DNA of 26,560 bases from a virus (lineage: Duplodnaviria > Caudoviricetes): positions 1 to 26,560 of the IMG/VR virus record IMGVR_UViG_3300017902_000266, one strand, 5' to 3'. Shown here one piece after another: positions 1 to 7,208 of this stretch. Each line of letters begins with the position of its first letter. Position 1 is the first letter of the stretch. Made by a program: the position numbers and the translations under genes. Below the pieces are notes generated by a model. The model did not search any database. It worked only from the letters and a program-made list of their open reading frames with translations, and had not been told where the DNA came from.

Positions 1-2
1 AA

Positions 3-311
3 CTTGACAGAGAAGGTGCCAATATTGAACGTCTTACCACTGCTGGTGTTGGGATTAATGCTGAAGGTGGAGAGTTCCTTGAGATCATTAAAAAGATGGT
101 ATTCCAAGGTAAACCATGGAACGAAGACAACAGAGAACATCTGATCATTGAACTTGGTGATATCATGTGGTACGTAGCACAGGCATGCATGGCACTTGAA
201 GTATCATTTGATGAAGTGATTGCTACAAACGTCAAGAAACTAGAAAAAAGATATCCAGAGGGATCGTTTGATGTTTACTTTTCTGAGAATAGAAAAGCAG
301 GAGATCGGTAA
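3..311 (+). CDS. mazG: MazG-like NTP pyrophosphohydrolase, 5'-truncated by the window edge
   Basis: The frame is open from base 3 (LDREGANIERLTTAGVGINAEGGEFLEIIKKM...), giving the EGGE...ELGD all-alpha NTP-PPase metal motif and the NVKKLEKRYP tail typical of cyanophage MazG. The ORF-track ATG at 96 is internal. Confidence 0.9.
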   Translation, partial: LDREGANIERLTTAGVGINAEGGEFLEIIKKMVFQGKPWNEDNREHLIIELGDIMWYVAQACMALEVSFDEVIATNVKKLEKRYPEGSFDVYFSENRKAGDR

Positions 312-312
312 A

Positions 313-319
313 ATAAATA
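313..319 (+). promoter_or_regulatory. T4-like (gp55-type) late promoter ATAAATA
   Basis: ATAAATA lies in the 13-nt gap between the mazG stop and the ATG at 325; the same motif recurs in front of many genes in this window. Confidence 0.7.
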
Positions 320-324
320 GGTAA

Positions 325-1509
325 ATGGCATACAACATTCTACCATCTACAGAAGAAGAAGCTAGAAAGGCAGTTAGTTTTATGAGTGAAACATCTGCTA
401 AAGAAGCATTTCGTTTGTATAGACATCTTTATGAAAAGTATGGACATATCATACCAAATCCATTAGCATTTGATTCTTCTAAAAAGAATGATTGTAAGAT
501 CGCAAGAATGATTCAAACCGAATTTACGATAAAAGATATTAAAAAAGAATTAAAGATTACAACATTGAGACCAGATTTTGGTGATGGTACTAGAGGAAAT
601 AGAGGTCAAAATAACCAAGGAACATTGTTTGAGAGAAACATGGAAGATGCTCTCAATGATTGGATTGAAAATCCAGATGATTTATCAAACAATAAGTATA
701 AAGATTTTATTTACGATATAGTAAAACATTATAACTTAGAAAAATGTGATGAAATTAAAGTAGTTTCTGAGGGTAGACAAAATAAAAAAAGACCAATGAA
801 ATTAGTAAATGATCATTGGGAAATAGGTAATGCATCTAGGACAAATGGATATGATATAGGTGCTACTGTTACTGATATAACTTTGCACACCAAATGTAAG
901 AATGTAAAACGTAAGATATATCTTTCACTTAAGACTAGTGGCACAACCAACCTATCTAATCTTGGATTAAAAACTACTGTTTTTCCTGTAGATGAAGTCA
1001 AAGCAGGAAATATAGAAAAGAAGGATGGAAAAGCATTGATGAAAACTTTTGGTTTGAATGAACAATTTTTATGTGCTACTTTTAATGAATTTCAAGATGG
1101 TAATAGAAGATATCATCAAGTAGATACTAATCCAAGTTATAAGGAACAATTATTAAAGGAACTTATAAAAGGATCTCTTGGATATGGGTATCACTATGTG
1201 CATTTACAGAAAGGAACAAAGATTAAACATCTAGAAATAGATCAAAATTTTTTAGAAAGAGCATCTACTCCAACCAATGTAAAAATAAATTACGGTGGTG
1301 ACACAGGAGGGGCAAAACGTGTTAATATACATATGGTAACCCCTGTATTCAACATGGTTTTTAACATTAGAAATACAACTGATAAAGGAAGTAAAGCAGA
1401 TCCAGATCGTGTGTATCCTGATAAGTTACAGTCAGCATATAGAATGCAAGGTGAGACTGAAATGACTAAACATAGAGGAGATTCTACAGAAAAACCAGAC
1501 GATAGTTAA
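325..1509 (+). CDS. Hypothetical protein with putative PD-(D/E)xK (restriction-enzyme-like) nuclease fold
   Basis: 394-aa ORF with GTLFE (helix Glu) ... VTDITL ... IYLSLK, matching the E..D..(S/E)xK variant of the PD-(D/E)xK core. The function is inferred. Confidence 0.55.
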   Translation: MAYNILPSTEEEARKAVSFMSETSAKEAFRLYRHLYEKYGHIIPNPLAFDSSKKNDCKIARMIQTEFTIKDIKKELKITTLRPDFGDGTRGNRGQNNQGTLFERNMEDALNDWIENPDDLSNNKYKDFIYDIVKHYNLEKCDEIKVVSEGRQNKKRPMKLVNDHWEIGNASRTNGYDIGATVTDITLHTKCKNVKRKIYLSLKTSGTTNLSNLGLKTTVFPVDEVKAGNIEKKDGKALMKTFGLNEQFLCATFNEFQDGNRRYHQVDTNPSYKEQLLKELIKGSLGYGYHYVHLQKGTKIKHLEIDQNFLERASTPTNVKINYGGDTGGAKRVNIHMVTPVFNMVFNIRNTTDKGSKADPDRVYPDKLQSAYRMQGETEMTKHRGDSTEKPDDS

Positions 1510-2699
1510 TGGCAAACGTAACCCAACTAAAACACCTCGAACATTTGGAAGATGAGATGCTCAACTATGGTGTTGAGGGTTGTATAGCGTCTGTTAATTT
1601 TCTCAAAGAATTGAGAAAGATGCTTGGTTGTGATAATAGCACAGGTTTCATGCAAACTAAATGGGATGGTGCACCATCAGTTGTATGTGGTACAGATCCT
1701 TTAAATGGTATGTTTTTTGTTGGAACTAAATCTGTTTTCGCAAAAAATTCTAAGGCATGTTATGATGACGTTGATGTAGATTTATATTATGAAGGAGATC
1801 TTGCAGAAAAATTAAAATATTCTTTGAAGTATTTTTCTACTTTAGGTATACAAGGTATAGTTCAAGGAGATTTACTGTTTACTACTGATGTAAAAAGAGA
1901 AACAGTCAATGGAGAGAAATTATATACATTTACACCAAACACTATAACGTATGGTATACCTGTAGATCATCCTATAGGTGTAGCAACGAGTAAAGCAAAG
2001 ATAGGTGTAGTTTTTCATACACATTACAGAGGTACTGATTTTCAAACCATGCAAGCGGTTGCTGGTGCAAAGGTAAAAGGATCTATTGAAGTGTTATCTG
2101 TTGATAATGACACTCCAATGGATAGAGTTGGTCTAAATCATTCAGAAGAAATGTTGTTTGATAAGTACGTTTCTAATATAGAAAAAATGTGTGCTGCATC
2201 TGGAGACTTTTTAGATGAATTGACTACTCTTTCTGGAACTGCAGGGGATGCTAAATGGCATGTATCCTCATACCTTAAGCAATTTTTTAATAGTCAAATT
2301 AAAAATCAAAAGACTATATCAAATACAACACAAGCACTTGAAGACTTGACTAATTTTTATCATAGTAAGGTAAAACCTCTTGCTGATAAGATAAAAACAC
2401 CAAAAACACAGGTTGCTAAGAAAAAATTAATATATGATAGTGAAAATTATCTGATCAATAACGCTACAAAGTTCAAATCAATGCTTGGTTTGTACAAAGA
2501 GATACAAGAAATCAAGCAATTTGTCATTAATAAACTAGATAAACTAGAAACTTTTAAAACATTTGTACAAACAGATACAGGATATAAAGTCACAGGTCCT
2601 GAGGGTTATGTTCTACATAAAGATGGAGACATGATCAAGTTTGTTAATCGTCTTGAGTTCTCATACAATAACTTTACTGTTGCAAAGAAATGGCGTTAG
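1509..2699 (+). CDS. ATP-dependent ligase-like (RNA ligase/capping enzyme superfamily) protein, conserved in marine T4-like phages
   Basis: Motif I KWDG (1659-1670), III-like IVQGDLL, IIIa-like GVVFH, IV EGYVL (from 2601) and V-like IKFVNR; N-terminal HLEHLED. Confidence 0.7.
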   Translation: MANVTQLKHLEHLEDEMLNYGVEGCIASVNFLKELRKMLGCDNSTGFMQTKWDGAPSVVCGTDPLNGMFFVGTKSVFAKNSKACYDDVDVDLYYEGDLAEKLKYSLKYFSTLGIQGIVQGDLLFTTDVKRETVNGEKLYTFTPNTITYGIPVDHPIGVATSKAKIGVVFHTHYRGTDFQTMQAVAGAKVKGSIEVLSVDNDTPMDRVGLNHSEEMLFDKYVSNIEKMCAASGDFLDELTTLSGTAGDAKWHVSSYLKQFFNSQIKNQKTISNTTQALEDLTNFYHSKVKPLADKIKTPKTQVAKKKLIYDSENYLINNATKFKSMLGLYKEIQEIKQFVINKLDKLETFKTFVQTDTGYKVTGPEGYVLHKDGDMIKFVNRLEFSYNNFTVAKKWR

Positions 2700-3253
2700 T
2701 AACAAAACGATGCTATATGACATTTGGTAGGTTTCAACCACCAACCACAGGACATAAAGAAAATTTTGATAATGTAAAACGTGCTGCTGGCACAGATGAC
2801 TATAGAATTTACATTTCCCAGACAGTAGACACTAAAGGGAACAATCCCTTGTTGCCAGATAGAAAATTATTTTATATGAATAAGATGTTTCCTCTGCATA
2901 AAGGTAAAATATACAGCGGACCTAGAGATCCAGTAGCAGTTTTACAAGATATTATGATGGCAGGATATGATGAATGTATATTTCTTGTGGGATCTGATAG
3001 AGTTAACGCTATGCAGTGGATTCATAAATATAATGGAGACGAGTATTCTTTTAGAAAGTTAGACATCGTATCTTCTGGTAGTAGAGACGCAGATGGTGAC
3101 ACATTTGCAGTATCTGGTACTAAAATGAGAAGAGCAGCGTTTGCTGGAGATTTTAAAACATTCAGATCTGGTATACCTACCAGTTTAAAAGAGAATGATT
3201 GTCGAATGTTAATGATGGAAGTAGCAGCGAACTTACCCGCAAACTATAAATGA
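2690..3253 (+). CDS. Cytidylyltransferase-like (HIGH/NMNAT superfamily) nucleotidyltransferase
   Basis: FGRFQPPTTGH (T/HxGH motif), NPL, GSDR and C-terminal SGTKMR (KMSKS-equivalent). Confidence 0.85.
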   Translation: MALVTKRCYMTFGRFQPPTTGHKENFDNVKRAAGTDDYRIYISQTVDTKGNNPLLPDRKLFYMNKMFPLHKGKIYSGPRDPVAVLQDIMMAGYDECIFLVGSDRVNAMQWIHKYNGDEYSFRKLDIVSSGSRDADGDTFAVSGTKMRRAAFAGDFKTFRSGIPTSLKENDCRMLMMEVAANLPANYK

Positions 3254-3477
3254 TAAATTTTAAGAAATTACGAGAACAAGCACTAAGACAACAGCAAAGA
3301 CACGACGAAGGTCTAAGCGAGGGTGATAGTGTCATGTCTTCAAGAACAGGAGTCAAAGGAACTATCCACAGAGTGGGTGGTAACTATGCAATTGTTATAT
3401 CTGAAGAAGGAAAAATGTTTCGTGAATGGATTAAGAATGTTAGAGCTATAAATAATACGAGAAGAACCTCCTTGTAA
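3250..3477 (+). CDS. Small SH3/KOW-like beta-barrel protein
   Basis: EGDSV...TGVKGTIHRVGGNYAIVISEEGKMFREW pattern; ATGA overlap with the upstream stop indicates translational coupling. Confidence 0.6.
   Translation: MINFKKLREQALRQQQRHDEGLSEGDSVMSSRTGVKGTIHRVGGNYAIVISEEGKMFREWIKNVRAINNTRRTSL
3447..3454 (+). promoter_or_regulatory. T4 late promoter TATAAATA
   Basis: Exact T4 consensus, 27 nt upstream of the ATG at 3482. Confidence 0.75.
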
Positions 3478-3481
3478 GTAA

Positions 3482-4324
3482 ATGAAGAAGCAAGATACAA
3501 TTAACACCGTCAAAAACAATGATGATTTTTCATCAGGTTTGATGGAATCATATGGAAAGTGGATGGGTGGCGACTGCTTCCAGAACACTACACTACCAGA
3601 TATTCATGAAGCACCATTTGATGGCATGGATCCACAGTCACACGGTGCAGAAATAGAGAATACTCTGACTAAAAAGAAAGGTCCTAAGAAAGAATCTCCT
3701 AAAGCACAACTTGCTACTAAGGAAGAGAAAGAAATTTGTGCAAAATGTGGTGGTAACCATGCAACTGAGGTATGCCCAAACATTTTAGAAAGAGAAGAGG
3801 TAGAAATTGACGGAGAGTTAATGGTTCTTGAAAAGATTAAGATTGAGAACTGGGATAATATAGACGAAGGTAGTATGAAGCAAGCACGTGCTAATGTTGG
3901 TGCTTCTACATGCTGGAAAGGATATAAGGCAAAGGGAACTAAGATGAAGGGAGGAAAGTCTGTTCCTAATTGCGTTAAGGAAGATGAGTTTCATCATCAG
4001 AAAGACAAAGATGGTAATACAATACCACATGAAGATGAGATAAAGGAAGGCAAGAGAGGTCTTTATGACAACATTCACGCAAAGAGAAAGAGAGGAGAAT
4101 CTCCTGCTAAAAAAGGCGATAAAGGATATCCTGCACCTGATGCATTTAAAAAAGCAGCAAAGACTGCTAAGGAAGAAGTAGAACTAGCAGAGAAAAAGTT
4201 AGATCCAGTTGGAAAAGAAGACGGTGATATAGATAACGATGGTGATAAGGATAAATCAGACAAGTACCTACTTGCAAGACGCAAGAAGGTCGGCAAAATC
4301 ATTGCCATGTCTAAGAAAAAATAA
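3482..4324 (+). CDS. Mosaic charged protein, probable internal head (poly)protein
   Basis: 280 aa of basic or Cys-containing modules separated by acidic linkers ending in I/L/V-x-E; late promoter upstream. Confidence 0.6.
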   Translation: MKKQDTINTVKNNDDFSSGLMESYGKWMGGDCFQNTTLPDIHEAPFDGMDPQSHGAEIENTLTKKKGPKKESPKAQLATKEEKEICAKCGGNHATEVCPNILEREEVEIDGELMVLEKIKIENWDNIDEGSMKQARANVGASTCWKGYKAKGTKMKGGKSVPNCVKEDEFHHQKDKDGNTIPHEDEIKEGKRGLYDNIHAKRKRGESPAKKGDKGYPAPDAFKKAAKTAKEEVELAEKKLDPVGKEDGDIDNDGDKDKSDKYLLARRKKVGKIIAMSKKK

Positions 4325-4878
4325 TGAAATCCTACGATCAATTTAAAACTGATTCTAAAAAGAGAAAGGAAAAACTAAAAAACAAGAAGGTTGGCAACGT
4401 AGAAGTCATGCCCATCATCAAAGATGGTCATGGTAAAGGTATGACTACTCGTGCCACGAATGAGGAGGTGTTAAATGAAAAGTCAGTCTCAAAATCCCAA
4501 CAAAGATTCTTCGGGATGGTTAGAAAAGCTCAAAAAGAGGGTGAGAAAAAAGCTACCTCACCTGAGGTTGCCAGAGTTGCTTCCAGCATAAAGATGAAGG
4601 ATGCAAAAAAGTTTGCATCTACTAAACATAAAGGACTACCAGAGAAAAAGGTAGCAAAAGAAGAAACTTGTGGTAAAGGAGAGTATTATTGTAACGATAG
4701 TCAGAAGTGTAAACCTATTCCCAAAGGTATGAAGGTGAGGGATGATGGGTTTTTGACTAAAGAATCATTCGAGTCTGGTGTACTAAAAGCAAGAAGGTAT
4801 CATAGAGTAGGAAAACTCATGTCATTCAAGGAATTTATGAAGATTATGGGTGAAATTTTGGGGGAATGGGAAAAGTAA
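4324..4878 (+). CDS. Mosaic basic protein, probable internal head protein
   Basis: N-terminus MKSYDQFK resembles the T4 capsid-targeting sequence MKTYQEFI; modules KSVSKSQQRFFGMV...KKFASTKHKGLP and CGKGEYYC...KC; TAATG coupling to the upstream gene. Confidence 0.6.
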   Translation: MKSYDQFKTDSKKRKEKLKNKKVGNVEVMPIIKDGHGKGMTTRATNEEVLNEKSVSKSQQRFFGMVRKAQKEGEKKATSPEVARVASSIKMKDAKKFASTKHKGLPEKKVAKEETCGKGEYYCNDSQKCKPIPKGMKVRDDGFLTKESFESGVLKARRYHRVGKLMSFKEFMKIMGEILGEWEK

Positions 4879-4884
4879 TAAATA
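4878..4884 (+). promoter_or_regulatory. Late promoter ATAAATA
   Basis: Intergenic motif upstream of the ATG at 4912. Confidence 0.65.
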
Positions 4885-4911
4885 GATACACACACATTAT
4901 GGAATATTACC

Positions 4912-5109
4912 ATGTTTTCTTTTCTACTACCACTTGCAACGAAAGTTATTTCAGACGCAGTAAACAAGATTCCTGACAATGAGGAACTTGGAGAAAAATT
5001 AATAGAAATTTGCTTAGTTATCTTAGGTAAGGCAGTTAAACTGACCAAAACTGACATGGATGACAAGCTACTTGAGACTGTCAAAGCTGCTATAGCAGCA
5101 AAGGAATAG
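4912..5109 (+). CDS. Small amphipathic helical hypothetical protein
   Basis: 65-aa ORF filling the gap between two late promoters; TKTDMDDKLL motif. Confidence 0.75.
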   Translation: MFSFLLPLATKVISDAVNKIPDNEELGEKLIEICLVILGKAVKLTKTDMDDKLLETVKAAIAAKE

Positions 5110-5115
5110 TCCTTT

Positions 5116-5123
5116 TATAAATA
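5116..5123 (+). promoter_or_regulatory. T4 late promoter TATAAATA
   Basis: Exact consensus, followed by a GGAG Shine-Dalgarno and the ATG at 5153. Confidence 0.8.
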
Positions 5124-5152
5124 AAACTTAGAAACAATCGGAGCATACGTTA

Positions 5153-5731
5153 ATGTCCCTTTACGGAAACACTGACAGCAATGCAAACAAAACCAAAGCT
5201 GGTGTGGGCATTGCAGCAACAAGTCAATCAAAGACAACACTTTATATTGACGAAACTGAAGCAGCATTAGAAGCAAACAAGGAGCGTGGTTTAAACGCAC
5301 CTGGTTGGTGGTCTTATTTCACCTACACAGACAGTAGTGGAGCTACTCGCCATAAGGCAGAGCAATTAGTTTTCATTGCTGGTGGTGAAGCAAACGCAGA
5401 TGAGACACAGGCAGATGACTCAACAGCAGCAGACGTCAATGTAGTCATCGCTATCGGAACACAACCACAAAATACTGCGGTTGCTGTAGGTGCTCAGTTA
5501 CAACTCACTGTTGTTGGAACTGCTACACCACCTGGCGATAACTCTGTTCTTACATACCAGTGGCAGAAGAAGTCTGGTAACCGTTATAGCAATATTTCTG
5601 GTGCAACTTCAGCAGCATACACAGTTGCTACTTACGCAGCTACTGATGCTGGAACATATAGAGTTAAACTTAACTCAACCAATGGTGGTAAAGAACTAAT
5701 CTCTGACAACGCTGTTGTAACAACTTCATAA
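5153..5731 (+). CDS. Virion structural protein with C-terminal Ig-like domain (Hoc-like decoration protein)
   Basis: C-terminal QPQN...LTV...YQWQK...ISGATS..YTV...DAGTYRV is an I-set Ig signature; Ala/Thr-rich; late promoter. Confidence 0.75.
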   Translation: MSLYGNTDSNANKTKAGVGIAATSQSKTTLYIDETEAALEANKERGLNAPGWWSYFTYTDSSGATRHKAEQLVFIAGGEANADETQADDSTAADVNVVIAIGTQPQNTAVAVGAQLQLTVVGTATPPGDNSVLTYQWQKKSGNRYSNISGATSAAYTVATYAATDAGTYRVKLNSTNGGKELISDNAVVTTS

Positions 5732-5737
5732 TATGAT

Positions 5738-6094
5738 ATGAATATTGTTGAATTGAACCATGAAAATTGGTTATTCTTTGCTATTAAACATTATAATAAC
5801 CCGTTGTCCGTTACTTACTCAGACTTTGAAGAAGACTTGAAGAGATTTAAGTACATCAAAAGACTACTGAGAAGGTACGAGACAACGGGAGAGCTCAAGA
5901 CTCACTTGATACTTAATCATGTGATAGTATTGTATAATGTCTTTGATGATGCAGCAACACCGCTGCTATTTTATAGAGTAGAAGCAACATATTGGTCTAT
6001 TATCAAGGCATTTATGTTATTTCTGAATAGATTGCCACCTAAACTTAACGAGGATGTTGACGAGGAATGTCTAAAACAACTGAATCTAATATGA
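5738..6094 (+). CDS. Conserved hypothetical protein of marine T4-like phages
   Basis: FAIKHYNNP...FEEDLKRFKYIKRLLRRY...LILNHVIVLYNVF, recalled as a core gene upstream of the primase. Confidence 0.8.
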   Translation: MNIVELNHENWLFFAIKHYNNPLSVTYSDFEEDLKRFKYIKRLLRRYETTGELKTHLILNHVIVLYNVFDDAATPLLFYRVEATYWSIIKAFMLFLNRLPPKLNEDVDEECLKQLNLI

Positions 6095-6801
6095 ACGAGA
6101 TGATTAACTCTGCTGGTGATGGTTCTGGTTTACAGTTACCTCCCGCATTTGTCATGGTAAATCCTAGGCAACATCGTAAGTATAAGAAAAATAATGAGAC
6201 AGTGGATGGTCGTACCAAAGGTGCTAAAGATCTCTTCTCCCGAATACAACGCAGAAAAATGACTGGAACAAAAAAAGAACATACCGAAATTGAATCTCCT
6301 ATCACTGAAGTAGTGTCTTCTGAGACAGAGAGAGCACAGAAACAGATCGGTCAGATGAAAAAACTCAATCGTCAGAAAGAGTTACAGAAAAAACGTGGCG
6401 AAGCTAAGGAAAAAATGGTCAAAAAGACCAAAGAGATGGATGTTCTTATGAAAGCAAGACTATCTGATTTCAAAAAGAAAGCAGCATCTCAAACTAAAAA
6501 ACTAAAACGTAATAATGAGGAAACTAACGTGAATAAAGATGTAATTCTTGAAAAACAAGATGTAGTACAAGTAGCACTAGACGTTGCTACATCAGAACTT
6601 AATCCACAAGGTGAAGGTTCATTCGCAAAGATCCAGTTCAGTGATGGATCCATACAGAATTTAGATAACTTCTCTGCAAAGAGAATTGCAGCATGTTATG
6701 GGCAGTTAGACGACACACACAAGCAACAGTTCCAGTACATGCTTAACAAAGACGCTGCTACATATCAATCTGCACTCGATTTCGCTGTCAGAAACGTGTA
6801 G
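6091..6801 (+). CDS. Hypothetical charged coiled-coil protein, possible internal head protein
   Basis: Start more likely 6091 (ATGA overlap with the upstream stop) than 6067; VDGRTK motif, Lys-rich coiled coil, ITE/ILE linker sites. Confidence 0.7.
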   Translation: MNEMINSAGDGSGLQLPPAFVMVNPRQHRKYKKNNETVDGRTKGAKDLFSRIQRRKMTGTKKEHTEIESPITEVVSSETERAQKQIGQMKKLNRQKELQKKRGEAKEKMVKKTKEMDVLMKARLSDFKKKAASQTKKLKRNNEETNVNKDVILEKQDVVQVALDVATSELNPQGEGSFAKIQFSDGSIQNLDNFSAKRIAACYGQLDDTHKQQFQYMLNKDAATYQSALDFAVRNV

Positions 6802-6803
6802 AA

Positions 6804-7199
6804 ATGTCTGAGATAAACACAGCAATACTAGAAAGACTAGAAAAAGTAGTTGACACACTTCAAGAAAACTCTATGAAGATGGGTCAACTTCTTGCTGTGC
6901 ATAATGAGAAGTTAGACAAACAAGATAGAATAGACGAAGTTCTATTTGAAAAATTAGATAGACTCTCTGCTGATCTTAACAGAGAAACATTGTCTATTAA
7001 GAAAGGATGTGAGAGGGATATAAGGTTAGTTGATGATAGACTCCGTGTAATGGAGAAGAAGATGTGGACGATAGCAGGAGCGTTGACTGTTATATCGTTC
7101 ATAGTCAGTCCTATAGGTCAAAAAGTGCTCAAAGGCATGGTTGTAAACCAAAGCTTGACAGAAACAATATCCACCCCTATAATGAGATCATTGGATTAA
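6804..7199 (+). CDS. Coiled-coil protein with C-terminal transmembrane helix
   Basis: Heptad-rich N-terminus followed by hydrophobic MWTIAGALTVISFIVSPIG. Confidence 0.75.
   Translation: MSEINTAILERLEKVVDTLQENSMKMGQLLAVHNEKLDKQDRIDEVLFEKLDRLSADLNRETLSIKKGCERDIRLVDDRLRVMEKKMWTIAGALTVISFIVSPIGQKVLKGMVVNQSLTETISTPIMRSLD
7155..7183 (+). promoter_or_regulatory. Consensus sigma70 (early/middle) promoter for primase-nrdAB
   Basis: TTGACA (7155-7160), 17-nt spacer, TATAAT (7178-7183). Confidence 0.9.
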
Positions 7200-7208
7200 T
7201 CATTATGA

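Noticed and set aside
4899-4976. Out-of-frame upstream ATG ORF (25 aa) overlapping the 65-aa gene
   Set aside because: No Shine-Dalgarno or other support; likely chance.
5100-5116. Small hairpin AAAGGA-ATAG-TCCTTT as a terminator
   Set aside because: Short AT-rich stem with no separate U tail; too weak to call.
6067-6090. ORF-track start at 6067
   Set aside because: The ATG at 6091 forms a canonical ATGA overlap with the upstream stop and is more plausible.
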